This document shows, one piece after another, positions 1-13,045 of a stretch of 64,000 bases of DNA. The notes below the pieces were generated by a model. The model was not told where the DNA came from and searched no databases. It saw only the letters and a list, made by a program, of their open reading frames with translations. Source of the stretch: Azolla caroliniana (Eukaryota > Plantae > Polypodiophyta); the NCBI GenBank assembly GCA_043228905.1, contig JBHGNT010000010.1, positions 5,704,001 to 5,768,000 of the forward strand. Reading direction: 5' to 3'. Positions within the stretch are counted from its first letter, which is position 1; each line of letters begins with the position of its first letter. The translations under genes and the position numbers were made by a program.

Positions 1-760
1 CTCGGCGCCTAATCTTTCGGCATACAACCATCTAATCATATAGCCGAATCTCTAATCTCGGTAGTCAACCATCCAATTTAGAGCTTAATACTGCCCCAAA
101 CCCATCCAATAAGAGCCTAATCTCGGTAATATAACCATCCAATTAGTGCTTAACATTACCCCAAATCCATCCAATTAGCAGCCTAATCTCGGCGCACAAA
201 CCCATCAGATTGGAGCTTAATCTGGTCACAAACTCAACCTAATTTTCTCACAAACTCATCCAAATGGAGCATAATCTGATCACAAACTCACGCTAATTTT
301 CTCACAAACTCATCCAATCTGGAGCCTAATTTTCTTACAAACCCCACCGATTGGGGCCTAATTAATCTCATCACAAAAGCGTCCAATATTCCCAGCCAAA
401 TCCTTTGTCTCAAGCCCATCCAATTGGAGCCTAATCTCGGCAAACAACACTGACCAGTTGGTGCCTAATCTCATCACAAAAACGTCCAATCCCATCCGAA
501 TCTCGTCACAAACCTGTCCGATAAGAGTCTAATTTTCTCACAAACGCTTCTAATCGGAGATTAATCTCCTCACAAACCCATCCAAACAGAGCCTAATCTC
601 GTTACAAAACCGGTCGAAGCTTTTAATCAGAGCCTCATTCATCACAACTCCATGAAAGGAGAGCCTAAAATCAATCCGTAATCCCATCTGTTCAGTGAGA
701 GCCTTAATCAAACCCTAATCTCACCTAATCTCACCTAATCAGTCCGAGCCTGGAGAAATG
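1..760. repeat. Degenerate tandem repeat array (~30-bp unit, approximate consensus CACAAACCCATCCAATTGGAGCCTAATCTC), runs off the left edge
   Basis: The motifs cacaaac/catccaat/gagcctaatct recur at ~30-bp spacing throughout. The ORF track has no ORF here. Confidence 0.75.
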
Positions 761-2117
761 CCAAATCTTCAGATCAAACTATCAGAGCCTTAAAAAAAGG
801 CTCCCCTCCCCTAATTAAAAGTTTATCAGATTTAACATCAGTACTGTGATTTTCGGTGGAAAGGGTAGCACAGAGACAGTATTACTAAGAGCAAAAACTA
901 GAGTAACTTTGTTTTTGTTTTTTTCATCCATCGAATGAATTTGCCATGGGAAAAGCTGAAATTCCTAATTATTGCCGACCTTATCCGGAGGCGATGGCTA
1001 TCTCATCTCTTCCTATCTCTGTCTGTATATCAAAGAAGCGGTGACTGAATGATTGGTAACCGATTCGATGGATAGATAATTGGAAATAGAAGGCTACTAC
1101 TTACCTTCCAAACAAATTGTTCATGGATAATCGGAAAGAACAGAGGAGGAAATATATCGACAATTGGAGTGAAAGATTAATAAAGAAAGAATTGCTCTGT
1201 TTCCCTTTCCACCTCTGAACAGATTTTGTTCCATCTCCGTTGCTATTATTATTATTATTATTAACATTTATCCTTTCATTTAAAAACAAAGCAATTAATC
1301 CAACACAATTTGAAGTAAAACAAAAAATTTAAAAAAATTTCAAATATACATACATATCTCTCTTTTTTTTAATTGTTTTTCTCTCAGAATTTTTTTTTTC
1401 TTTTTATTTCTATTCAATTAGAATTTATATAAATATCTATCTCTGCGTAAAAGAATTTACTCTTTTTTTTTGTTTTATTTTATATCCAATTTTTAATTTC
1501 AAGACTTTGAAAACAAATCCTACATATGTCTGATTTTTAGTTTTGTTTTTTCGGATGTAAAAATTCCTTTATTTCTATCTATTAGAGTTTCATTACATAA
1601 ATATCTATCTCTGGGCTCTGTTTTTTGTATTTTTATTATATATTTAAATGTGATATTGCTTTTTTGTTACTAAATTAGCGTTTGATTTTATTCATTTCGT
1701 GTTAAGGGATGTTCTTTTGGCGGCCTTAATTCTATTTATTTATTTTTCTATCGCTTCTCTTTGCCGCTTGGCACCTTAAAAATAGATTAAATAAAAATAA
1801 AAGCTATTATTTAAATAATTGTTTACTTAAAAAAATTTCTACCCCAGTTTCCTCTGTGTGTATCAGAGAAGCAAACCAAACGATTCTCCTTCACTCTTTT
1901 AAAAAGCTCCATATAAGATTAAAATTAAATTAAATCAAATTAATTAAGAAAAGAAACCCCCCAAATTTCTGCTTCTGCTTCTTCTTCAGTCAATTCTAGG
2001 GTTACAAATTTTCCTGTATTTTAATTAATCAATTACTAATATCAAGCATCAAAGCCCTTTGGACCTACTACAATTATCATCTTTTAATTACTTTTGATTG
2101 ATAGTAATTAACTAATT

Positions 2118-3945
2118 ATGTCTACTCAGGGGGGTACAGCTGGGGACTGTGCACCTCCTGGTAGTACTAGTAATTCTTCTTCTTCTTGTTCACTCTCTGC
2201 TTCCCCTCAGTTGCAACTCTACCAGACCATAATCTTTGCAACCCCTGTCCTCTTCTCTTTCTTCCTCCTGATTTTGTTCTGCCTTCTCTGCATCAAGCGT
2301 CGCCGCGATTCCGAGAACATCGAGAATGCCAATCACCCTAATGCTGCCAGACACTCCTTCAATCCTCCGGTATGTAAAAAACATGTCCACATATATGTAT
2401 AGATGCCCATCTCTGTATATACTCCCATGTCTGCATATATATATATATATATATATGCCTGTCTCTTGTAACAGCATATGATTTGTCCATTGTTATGTGG
2501 GGCATGGTTTCTTGGGCTTTTGTTCCATAGCCATGATTTTGTCCATGGTGTATCTATCATATATATATATATATATATATATATGCCTGTCTCTGTATAT
2601 ATGCCCATCTCTTGTAACAGCATATGATTTGTCCATTGTTATGTGGGGCATGGTTTCTTGGGCTTTTGTTCCATAGCCATGACTTTGTCCATGGTGTGTC
2701 TGTCAACACTGCAAAATGATTTCTTCTTCCTTTTAAGGGATGAAAGAATACTGTAAAAAACCTATTTGTGACCTTTGATTTGTCCATGATGGAAATGTAG
2801 TGGGGATAAAATGATTTCTTCTTCCTTTTAAGGGATGAAAGAATACTGTAAAAAACCTATTTGTGACCTTTGATTTGTCCATGATGGAAATGTAGTGGGG
2901 ATAAAATGATTTCTTCTTCCTTTTAAGGGATGAAAGAATACTGTAAAAAACCTATTTGTGACCTTTGATATGTCCATGATGGAAATGTAGTGGGGATTAT
3001 TGTAGAAAGATGCCCAAAGCTTTAATCCATGCTTATGTGCCTGTGCTATATGCCCTGGATATGTCTGTATGTCCCAAGCTTATGTGTTTTTGATATGGCC
3101 ATCATGTGTCTGTATGTCCCATGCTTATGTGCTTTTGATAAATGGCCATTATGTGGTCTGTTTGTTCATGCTTATGTGCTTTTGAGATAAATGGCCATCA
3201 TGTGGTCTGTTTGTTCATGCTTATGAGCTTTTTGATATGGCCATTATACTGTAAAAACCTATTTGTGAGCTTTGATATGTCCATGGCTCTGTGTGTGTGT
3301 TCTGATCTGGTATTTCAGTCCCATCATGAACAGGGCCTCAGCAAATCATTCAGACAGATGTTGCCAGTTATCCCTTTCGATGAGAAGCTTGCAGCCTCAA
3401 GTGAACACAATCAGTAAGTGTAACACATGATCCACAAAAACCAATTTGATACAAAAAAAAAAACACAAAAATAATTTAATGAATTTCCCCTACCTAATGT
3501 TAAAAAAAAAAAGCTGCATTTTTCTCGATCTTCTTCTTCCTGCAGGTGTGCAGTCTGCCTCGGCGAATATCAGCTGAATGAGAAGCTGCAACAATTGCCG
3601 GTATGCAAGCATTCTTTCCATCTTCAGTGCATTGATGAGTGGCTGTCCAAGCACACCACATGCCCGATATGCCGGATCTCCCTCGCACAAGATGGGCGGG
3701 TCATGGAGAAGAACAGCCCGGACATCTCGTTCTTGCGGGGCAATGCTGGGGTTACAGATAACCGGAGATGGGAAGAAAGAGTTGCGAATGTGGTCAGTCC
3801 CGAGTATGGCTCGATTAGGCCGGATGAGAGCGGGGCAAGTAGCAGCGGAACCACTTCTACCATGGCAGTTCAATCTTCCGAGCCTCCTCCTCCTCCGCCT
3901 TCTCGATTCAGCATTGATCATACGATCAATATCGAACGGAGCTAA
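2118..3945 (+). CDS. ATL-family RING-H2 E3 ubiquitin ligase, ~248 aa; exons 2118-2369, 3319-3413, 3546-3945
   Basis: N-terminal hydrophobic TM (IIFATPVLFSFFLLILFCLLCI) followed by basic KRRR, a GLD-like motif (GLSKSFRQMLP) and RING-H2 CAVCLGEY..LPVCKHSFHLQCIDEWLSKHTTCPICR. GT-AG introns have compatible phases (0, 2). Confidence 0.93.
2402..2997. repeat. Tandem duplications in ATL intron 1: a two-copy unit containing (AT)n (2402-2700) and three 95-bp copies (2713-2807, 2808-2902, 2903-2997)
   Basis: The near-identical unit aaaatgatttcttcttccttttaagggatgaaag...gtagtggggat repeats with a period of 95. Confidence 0.9.
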
Positions 3946-5526
3946 AATCTTCACTAAAAATCTCGCCAAAATCTCTTTTGTCTCGCTGATCCGTTTCACT
4001 TCTCTTCATATCGATAGCGAAAATCGTATATACAAATACATACATGGGCAGTTCAGATTGCTACAAGGCGCATTTTTTTTTTTTTTATGGGTGGGTGAAG
4101 AGCAGATCCATTTCGCTTCTTCATATTGCGAAAATCGTATATAACAATACATACATGGGGCAGTTCAGTGCGGGTTTTGTTCTTCTTTTGTTTTTTTCAT
4201 CGGGAGGCCGATGCAATAGAATGTCCGGACAAAATGGGTGTGGTTTACCCTCCCCCGCCCCCGGGGGGTTAAATGATTGTGGGACAAACTTGTGTAAATT
4301 CGAGCGATATATGTGGTTGGAGAGCTGGACAGAAACAACTCCCCACACTCTCTCTTTTCCTTCTCTTTTGTGGGGTTTGTGCTTGTAGTATATAGACCAT
4401 CTCCTGTTTGTTGTTTTATAGAGTGAAAGCAAAAAACAAAAGATGGTGTTTTTAGTCCTGAAAAGTGTTCTTTCTTTCTTTCTTTTTTTACCATTCGGTT
4501 TTGTCCGAGAATTATGACATGGATGAAGGGAAATGCATATTCTTTGAATGCACCGGGAGAAAGAGAAGAGAGCTATAGCTAGTTGATTGAGCTTAGTCTG
4601 TTTTTTTTGTCGAATTTTTCGGCCTTCCTTTGTGAATGTTATGCTGTTCGATATGTTTTGATCCATGTTTTGTCCAGGAATCTGCAGGTTAAGCAAACCT
4701 TCAAATTAGTTTGCTTGTTATCGAAGGCACAACTTGGAGCCAAACTATTGCTTTATTTTTCATGGTTCAAAAGTAAAATCAACCAACTTTCTCGAAAGTT
4801 ATGTTGGGACTTCCGAAACTCATTGGATTCCTTTTTGTTTCTTCTTCTATTGACATAAAAAAAGATGTGAGGTGTGAAGGGGTTATTAATTCACACACTG
4901 GATTTTGCTGTCTCAATTGTTTTATTGCAAACTCTGGCAAAAAGGTCTTTATAAACTAAAGGAGATAAAAAAAAGTGACTTGATAGATGGTTATAAGTTG
5001 TTATATAACAAAATTGGCTCATTACTACTCATATCATTGTATTGTGAAGTGTTAAACTGAGGAGTGTGTTTCCATATCAACATTGAGATGTGTGGGCCTT
5101 AATCCAACCCACGATTAGATTTAAAACATATATGGTTATGTTTAAGTTAGGTGTTTTACAAATCTAGAAAAGTTAGAAGCATATAATATGTGGAGGTGAT
5201 TGCCCATCTTGAAAGACAACACGTTTCGTTGTAGTCTTAAGTCATTGTGTCTACCCAAAGGCTTGATGGTTTTAATTTGAAAGTGTAATTGAATTGTTGT
5301 CCTTTGGAGGCTTGATAGTTGAACATATCACTTTTGGTGCCTTTTAAGGAGCCTTTAGAATTTAGGAAATTATTTGACAAATTTTTTTGGACTTTATTGC
5401 TTGGAACGGCTTTAGGAAAATGATGCCATTGAACTTCATAGATTTTAAAATGTTTGGCCATCAATGAGTCATCTTTGTTTGGTCAATGGTTATCATCAAC
5501 CTCTTGACATGGAGGAGTTTTTTATT

Positions 5527-5920
5527 CTAGTAATGTGTGACGAGCCATGTCAAGATTGGTAAGGTAAGTGGTGTATATAACCCCACGATAGGTGCAATCC
5601 TTGAAGGAAACCTTGGTAAGGTCAAGTATCAAGGATTGGTATGCTAAGTGCTATATAACCCCACGATAGGCGCAACCCTTGAAGGAAACCTTGGTAAGGT
5701 CAAGTATCAAAGATATTATTTTTGAAGTGTGAGAGCGTCACGTGAGCCTAGTTTTGATCGGTCTTCATTCGCCTAGAACTAGAACCTTTACGTGCGCACA
5801 CCCGTCCACCTATCAATTCTAGTTGTTGACAAGCCTTTGGTTTTTTGTGTTGTGGGCTTGGGACGCGTAGAATCACTCATTTCTGGAACAACTTTTCAAT
5901 CGTTGTCGACATGGTATCGA
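5527..5920 (+). mobile_element. Possible decayed LTR fragment with an internal ~78-bp duplication, ending ...CGACA followed by a Met-PBS-like TGGTATC
   Basis: Duplicated tataaccccacgatagg..gaaggaaaccttggtaaggtcaagtatcaa; cgaca|tggtatc at 5907-5918. Confidence 0.35.
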
Positions 5921-7515
5921 ACTAAAGTGATAGATTAACTTATTTTAAAAGCCAAACAACTCTTTGATTGAGAGAATACAATTCTAAGATGCATCTATCC
6001 AAAATAACAGAGAAAGACAAATAATAAGTGTTTATAGTATGGTGCATATTGAAACAATTGAAAAAGTGTTGTATCTTGCATTATGTGATATGAATGTTTT
6101 ATCAACCCCTCAATACCTATGCTTGTTATTTTACTTGTTCACTAAATTTAAGTCATGTACATCAAATGTAGTTCAATAGTCAACAATTAATTCATAACAC
6201 ATTTTACAACAATAATAATCAATATAAAAAAATGTTGGAGATGATGATGTGGACTTCGTTGCCGAGTCCTGACCAATCTAAATGTTGGCATCTCCTCATA
6301 TTGTATCAATTGTAAAACTAATTTTGTTTAAGAGTAAATAACCAATCCCAAAATTTTCTAGAAACAAGCTTGAACTTAACCAAGTAATTGAAATGTTGTA
6401 GTTTTTATGAGCATCTATATCCTCACAAATGTCGTGAGATTCAACTCAAAGAATGTAACTTTACAAGTATCTTTGATCTATATTTTCCTATAAAAAGTTA
6501 AGATCTCTCCCTCTCTCTCTCTCTCTCTCTCACTTCCATTTTTCATCTGAAGGTCATCATTGTGTATAGGTTGTTGCCAACATCACATACTTGGATTGAT
6601 AAACAATTGGTCCTTTTTGCATCCTTTATATTAGCCACATACTTACACAATCTCATCAAAACGTCGAGTTCAATGGGTCTCTCCCCCATTTCTTGGAGCA
6701 TAGCAAGCATATGGCATGGTCACATTGATCTCAATGGCTTTCCATCTAGAATAAGGGGAGTGTATATCCTCCCCACTACACAATAAAACCTAAATTACAA
6801 ATGCATTGACATGCCTAATGATGTTGTATCTGAATTTAGAAACTAAACCAAAAACACCTTAACTTGAAGGTGCATTTCTTTCAATGGGATTGACAAGAAA
6901 ATACCCATTCAAACACATCCTTGAGAAATTGAAACAATTTTAATTCTCTTTTTCCATGGTTTGTCATGAGATCATATTAACATCTCTAAAGTGTGGCTTA
7001 CGAGACACAAGAAAGTTTATGCAGGCTTTCAACATATAGAAATAAGAGCTGCGACATTCTTAAATAACCAATGATAGAAAAGGCAAGACACCCATGACAT
7101 CGTCATATGTATCATCCATATATAGAGAAAAGAGCTAAGAGATACTTAAATAACCAGCTAGAAAAGGCAAGACACCCATGACATTGCATACATTTCGCGC
7201 AATGAGTGTGGACACTAATCCTTACATACACACACACAAGCACACGCACACGCACACACATAGAGAAAGTTCAAACTTAGTTACTGCATAACATCACTTC
7301 ATACTAGAAAAGAAGGTTCACTAACCTTATCAAGCATTATCATTAAGTACTTGTGGATCTCTAATACTTACAAACACCATTGTGTACTTTGTGGCCTAAA
7401 CAAATATACAAATATACATATATACATACATAGGGTTTAAAGTTGAAACTAAAGGAAAAATCCATATCAAATTCACTCCCATCATCATCATCATCATTGT
7501 CAAGATTTTACCATG

Positions 7516-8757
7516 TTACATATCTACATTTGTATCCTTGACATGTGTCTTTTCGATTGTCTTGATATGACTCTTCGCTTCCTCTCTCTTCTTTTCCGCA
7601 AGAAAAGCCTCTCCACTCAATTCAAAGATATCCGCTCTCCGGTGATAGTCATCGGGTGTCTTCCCGATATCCTCTTTGAAAACTTCTTGTTCCCATTGAG
7701 CGAGTTTCTCCACTTCTAATTCCTCGCCTTTTCCCTCGATGTTCCTTGGAATTTTACCATCTCTCGAGTCCTTAGAGACCGAACCTTCATCACACTCACA
7801 TTCACTCCATCCAAACTTCATGCGATCTTCAAACTCATTATCACTCAATTTTTCGGGATCTTCCTCTAAAGGAACGACTGAAACATCTTCTACTATAGCC
7901 TCTCCTTTTTCGCCTACTTCCACACCACTTTCACGAGGCCATTCCGAATCCATGGAGATATGGCTTGTTAGGTGCAATGGAATACCATTCTGATCCTTCG
8001 AGGAGAGCGTGTCATTCGAATGATTGATTCTTCTTCTACTACCGATGCATTTGTGATCGTGAGTTCCTTCGATTTCTTCTATACCAATATTATCATCGGT
8101 CGAGACGCAATCATGACTATATTTCTCCTTGTCATTGATGGAATGGGGGGTAGATTGGACATTATCATGCCCATCCAGCATTTCCTGAGGATTATTGTCA
8201 TGCATGGCCACCTCGATGGTCCGGACGGAATCTTCGGAATCTTCGAGAATCTCGGCGGGAACGGGTTCAAACGTCCCGTCGGCTTTGCGGAGATCATGAG
8301 AGAGGGTGAAGCTCGAGGCCGAGCCATAATCTTCATGATGATTGGCATGTGAATCGTCATTGTCTTCCGGCTCGAAAGCATTATCAATGCCCCCTTCTGT
8401 ATCGATGATGAGGTTTCTCAATGGAGCATTAAGGAAGGAATATATACTTTCTGTGTTATTGTTTGCCCTAATTGCATAAACCTTCCTTTTTGTATATGTG
8501 GCCTGAAGGAGAGAAATAAATGGCTTGGAATTTTCAACAAAAAAGAAAAAAGAAAAAAACAGTCTTAATAAAACCCATATCTGGAGACAGAGAGAGAAGG
8601 TTACCTGTATCAAAGGTGCAGAGAACCCGCTTGTATATAATTTCTCATGAAGCTTCTTCTTCTTCAAGAAATTCTGAGGAAAACTGGCTAAGTTATTGTT
8701 GGTAGTATTGAAAACATGCTCAGTTGTTGATGCTACACGGAGCTTCATTATCACCAT
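7516..8757 (-). CDS. Uncharacterised acidic protein (~379 aa), possibly plastid-targeted; exons 8757-8605 and 8502-7516
   Basis: 413-aa ORF containing a 102-nt in-frame GT-AG intron (CAG|GTAACC ... CTCCTTCAG|GCC). The N-terminus is S/T/K-rich, the middle is D/E-rich, and the C-terminus looks structured (EDIGKTPDDYHRRADIFELSGEAF). A (GA)n(TG)n microsatellite lies in the 5' region. Confidence 0.75.
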   Translation of the reverse strand: MVIMKLRVASTTEHVFNTTNNNLASFPQNFLKKKKLHEKLYTSGFSAPLIQVTFSLCLQIWVLLRLFFSFFFFVENSKPFISLLQATYTKRKVYAIRANNNTESIYSFLNAPLRNLIIDTEGGIDNAFEPEDNDDSHANHHEDYGSASSFTLSHDLRKADGTFEPVPAEILEDSEDSVRTIEVAMHDNNPQEMLDGHDNVQSTPHSINDKEKYSHDCVSTDDNIGIEEIEGTHDHKCIGSRRRINHSNDTLSSKDQNGIPLHLTSHISMDSEWPRESGVEVGEKGEAIVEDVSVVPLEEDPEKLSDNEFEDRMKFGWSECECDEGSVSKDSRDGKIPRNIEGKGEELEVEKLAQWEQEVFKEDIGKTPDDYHRRADIFELSGEAFLAEKKREEAKSHIKTIEKTHVKDTNVDM

Positions 8758-8810
8758 AGCCTGAGCTCTCTCTCTCTCTCTGGGGTTTATCTCTCTCCCC
8801 TGTTCCTGGG

Positions 8811-8864
<54 letters not shown>

Positions 8865-11262
8865 ACATCATGTTTTGATGCCCAAAAAGGGAAAGAATTT
8901 CCAAGTGCCAAACCCCCAAAATAGACAATGTTAAGAACACCTCTAATTAGACCTCCAACTTTAGCATAGATGGAGACGGAAACAGTGGCACAAGAAGGAA
9001 GAGTCGAGAACTCGCTCGGATCCTCGGTTTTAGTGTCTTCGCTTTCGTGAACTCATAACCCCTGTTGCATCAAACCTTCAATTGCAATCGCGCTCCTCGG
9101 CACTCTCTGTTATTCCTTGTATGAATATTTCATTGTTCTCTTTTGGGGTGCTGAACATTTGCCTAATGGATTCTCTATTTTCTGTTGTCCAATGATCTAT
9201 GGAGGTTTTGCACTTTTCATTCAACAAAAGCTATGCGGGAGGAGATTCTAGGAGAAGAGGGGAGTGATGAATCGAGATTTTGAATGCACTATCAAGAGGC
9301 AAGGCAAGGTAACAACCACCAATCATGCCAGTAGGGAAGTTGGAAGGGATGAACTACATATTGTGGAAGTTTAAGGTATCCACCAATCTTCATGCTTATG
9401 AGCTTTTGGACCACATGCTTGGACTCAATAGTTTGAGCTAGTGAGAACGGTAGGTCCCATAAACTTGCCGGTCGTAATTGTCCAAAACGCAAAATAATTG
9501 TGCAAATGCAAAGGTAGAATGTGGATTCCATATGGGTACACAATAATTGTGTGGGCCAACTTATTTCTAGACATGACTATGTAAAACAAGTCCATTTAAG
9601 TACTTATTGTAGAATTCACGACCCATACTAATTGATGATGTAGACATTGGTATTGGTACTAGGATGCAAGTCTATACGCAAGGAAAGGAGGGCAAGGGAT
9701 GGAAAGCTAAGGCCTTTGTGGCCACTTTGGTGTAGAAAGGGTTAAAAACATTCAAATGAAGGTGATATTTGTGTCTTTTTAAGTTTGTTCATTGTTCATG
9801 CTATAGATTACGGTCGGGCTTCTTCTCTCTTTCCCTTGTAAACTAATTGTGACATGCTTTACTTGATGAGGTCACACACTAATCTTCTAAAATTAGCGTG
9901 CTTACATATCGATTAATTGAAATGTGGTTATTTCTTTTGTATATTTTCTTGCCCCTTAACTCGTTTAAGTGTCTTGATTAAATCCTTAGGTTGATATGCA
10001 AGTTTTGTAGTCAAGAAAAGTCTTGTGTGATAATGAGACAAAGTTAACATGAGTAATTATCATGACAATTAGTAGCTTAGGACTAATTGACATACGATGG
10101 TTTGACCTTACATCCATATCATAGTAATGAAATAGAATTCTGATAAAGAGAAAAAACATGTGTTGAATGTTACACGCCATGTGCTTACACATTCTTGAAG
10201 TTGTGGGAACTTTTATATGAGACGATCTATCGCGGGTTTGTAAGGTCATGGGAATAATAGATATGGTATACTTCCTTCAAACAAAAGACATATGATGTTG
10301 AACACCCTACATTGCTCATAGGGTCAAACATGCTATCCTACTGTAACAATTGTGGTTACATAGGATTATAACATATGTGACAAAACTTGAATACGTTTAC
10401 ATGCCTAGGTCTTAGGTTGCGGTGGAAGCCTCACAATATCTAGGTAATAGGACTTGTAACAAGGAGGATAGTACAAACATTGAACAGAAAAAGATAGAAA
10501 TTTATTATGTGTCTACGTTGAGAAATGACACTCACAATTAAAGAGGAAGACCCTAAGACCCTAAGACCCTAAGACCCTATGCCTATCATAAAATTATTTA
10601 ATGTCACGAGTGTCCCACTAAACAAGATTAATATGTTCAAAGCACAACTTAGGCATTATAGAAACCTAGTAGACCAACAAATTGTCTACATCCTCTCAAC
10701 ACATTATGCAAGAATTACTTCCTTGGTTCCAAAAGGAGGCCATATGACTTGGTTGTGGTCGTGGCAATAATACCTAATGGCCCAAAGAATAATGGGAAGG
10801 CAAGTGTACATTTGTTATCTATTTTAGCATTTGAGGTTGGAGTGGGTTTAGTTACATGAACACAACACATATCTCAAAACTTAGAATGACACAAAGGCAC
10901 TTAAACACTAGTGTTAAGACTTGAGAGGATTAGTAAACAAAAGTCTCATAAAAGAAAAAATATCTCTAAACATACCACTTCCAAACTTGATACCCAATGC
11001 TAGCTATGGTGATTTTCCTCCAAAAGATGGCAAAACCCAACCAGACACAAAACTACCACCCCACTTAGTGGGTTATCCAAATCCTCTATCCAAAATATGC
11101 AATAAATGACCCCTTGTTTGAAACAAAAGCCAATGATCTCCTTTTATATCACCCCTCATTGTAGAAGGTCCACACAAATGTGGGACATGTTGAAATGGAC
11201 TCTACCCATTGCAATCAACAAATATCCTTGAACCACCAAAGTTAATGTAGATTGCTGCAACA

Positions 11263-13045
11263 AGTCGTTCAACTTAAGCCGATCAAAAGAGTGGCCGGCA
11301 TGAGGAGGTCAATTACGTCGGCTCTTCGGCCGAAATATTGTTGAGCGACCCGAACATACTATCCATTGAGAACCCAGTCAAATCAGAAATTTTGCTTACG
11401 ACAGAGGAATCGCGCACATGGTTCTTGGATTCGGGTGCATCCTTTCATGTGACCCCTCATCGATCCCAATTTCGGCAATACTCGGCCCGACATTCCGACT
11501 CAGTCTGAGTTGGAAATTCACAACACTGTGCAATTATTGGAATTGGCACAATAGAGCTCAACCTTCCAGGTAGCTCTACATTGGTACTACACAATGTCTG
11601 ACACGTACCTGAGCTCTCAAGAGCTTTGATCTCAGTCAAAAAACTAGACGAAGACGGTATCCGTGTCGGCTTCTCATTAGGAGGGTGGACACTTCACAGG
11701 GGGAACCTCCTACTTGCTCGAGGATTGAAAGTACACTTGTGGTACCCGTTATATGTCACACTCAGAGAGGGTGACCTATTTTTGGTTGGCTTTACCGTGT
11801 CATCACTTTAGCATGGATGACTCAAACACCTTAGCAAGGACGACATCATACATTTATCTAGAGCCAAATACATCCCTAAACTCTCCTTCTCTGATCATCA
11901 ATTCTGCGAGCATTGTCAGTACTGCAAACAGATAGCCACATCACATCCGACATCAGCACCGAGAGAATCGAGTCCCCTCGATTTGGTTCCCAAAGATGTT
12001 TGTGGCCCCAAGCCACATCAGTCTCTTGACGGTGCCTTGTATTTCGTCACCTTTATTGATGAATCGACTTGGAAGGTGTGGGCTTACCAAATTAAAACTA
12101 AAGATCGAGTGTTCTCGATTTTCTCCGATGGGCTCGCTATGGTCGAGAATCAGTCCGACTGAAAACTGAAATGCTTTCAAACCGATAATGGAGGAGGGTT
12201 TAAATATGAAGAATTCATCAGATTTTGCCGACAACGCGGCATACGACATGAATATACAACACCTCATAGTCCAGAGCAGAACGGAATTGCCGAACGGATG
12301 AATCGGACAATTCAAGAAAGGATAGTTTCCATGCTCCAACACTTCGGACTATCAATACACATAATCAATATGTCGCCTAGTAGGTCTCTAGGACTTCGGA
12401 TACCTTAGGAACTATGGAACGGCAGCAAGCCGAATTACGACAAGCTGAGAATTTTCGGGTGTGAGGCATACCCCCTCATACTGAAATACGATCGCAACAG
12501 CAAGCTTGCGCCAAGGTCCAAGAAATGCATTTTCCTCAGTTACGGACCAGATGGTGAAATCGGCTACCGACTCTAGGACCCCGAGTACAGACAGATTGTC
12601 CGAAGTTCGGACGTAGTGTTCAATGAGTCAGCCATGCATCAATCGGCCGAAAAGCCTATCAAAGTTCGAAGGGTAATTTTTTCGGATGTGCCAACCCTTC
12701 ACGAAAGCCCAACACACAACATAAGATCGGCTTCACAGGTAGCCAACACCTCTACTATTGACTCGGCACAATCGAATGTTTTGGCTTCTGACCATCCGAC
12801 TTCGACACCCTATGAGACTAGTCCAATCATACCTCGAAGATCCGAGAGACTATCGCAACCCCCGGATAGATACTCTCCTGGAATCTTCTTTACAGACGTC
12901 AGAGAACCGATGTGATACGAAGAAGCATCGGCATCTGCCGATTTGGCCACCTAGCATCTGGCAATGGAGTCTGAGATAAATTCCATTCGCATAAACCAAA
13001 CTTGGGACTTGGTCGAACTACCGAAAAATCGGCGTGCTCTTCCGT
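11263..13045 (+). mobile_element. Decayed Ty1/copia pol fragment A (protease, GAG-pre-integrase, integrase, start of RT)
   Basis: Translated motifs WFLDSGASFHVTPH, DVCGP, FVTFIDES, TDNGGGF, TPHSPEQNGIAERMNRTI and QTWDLVELP, with many stops and frameshifts. Confidence 0.85.

Noticed and set aside
841-901. Helitron 3' end (CTAG at ~898-901)
   Set aside because: There is no clean GC-rich hairpin just upstream, and the CTAG is not followed by T.
3490-4858. Long antisense and overlapping ORFs around the ATL 3' end
   Set aside because: They are shadow frames of the real exon or low-complexity UTR sequence with no recognisable motifs.
10417-11262. LTR upstream of copia A
   Set aside because: It has a minus-strand TATA-like motif and a ..GCAACA end, but the left boundary and TSD could not be defined.
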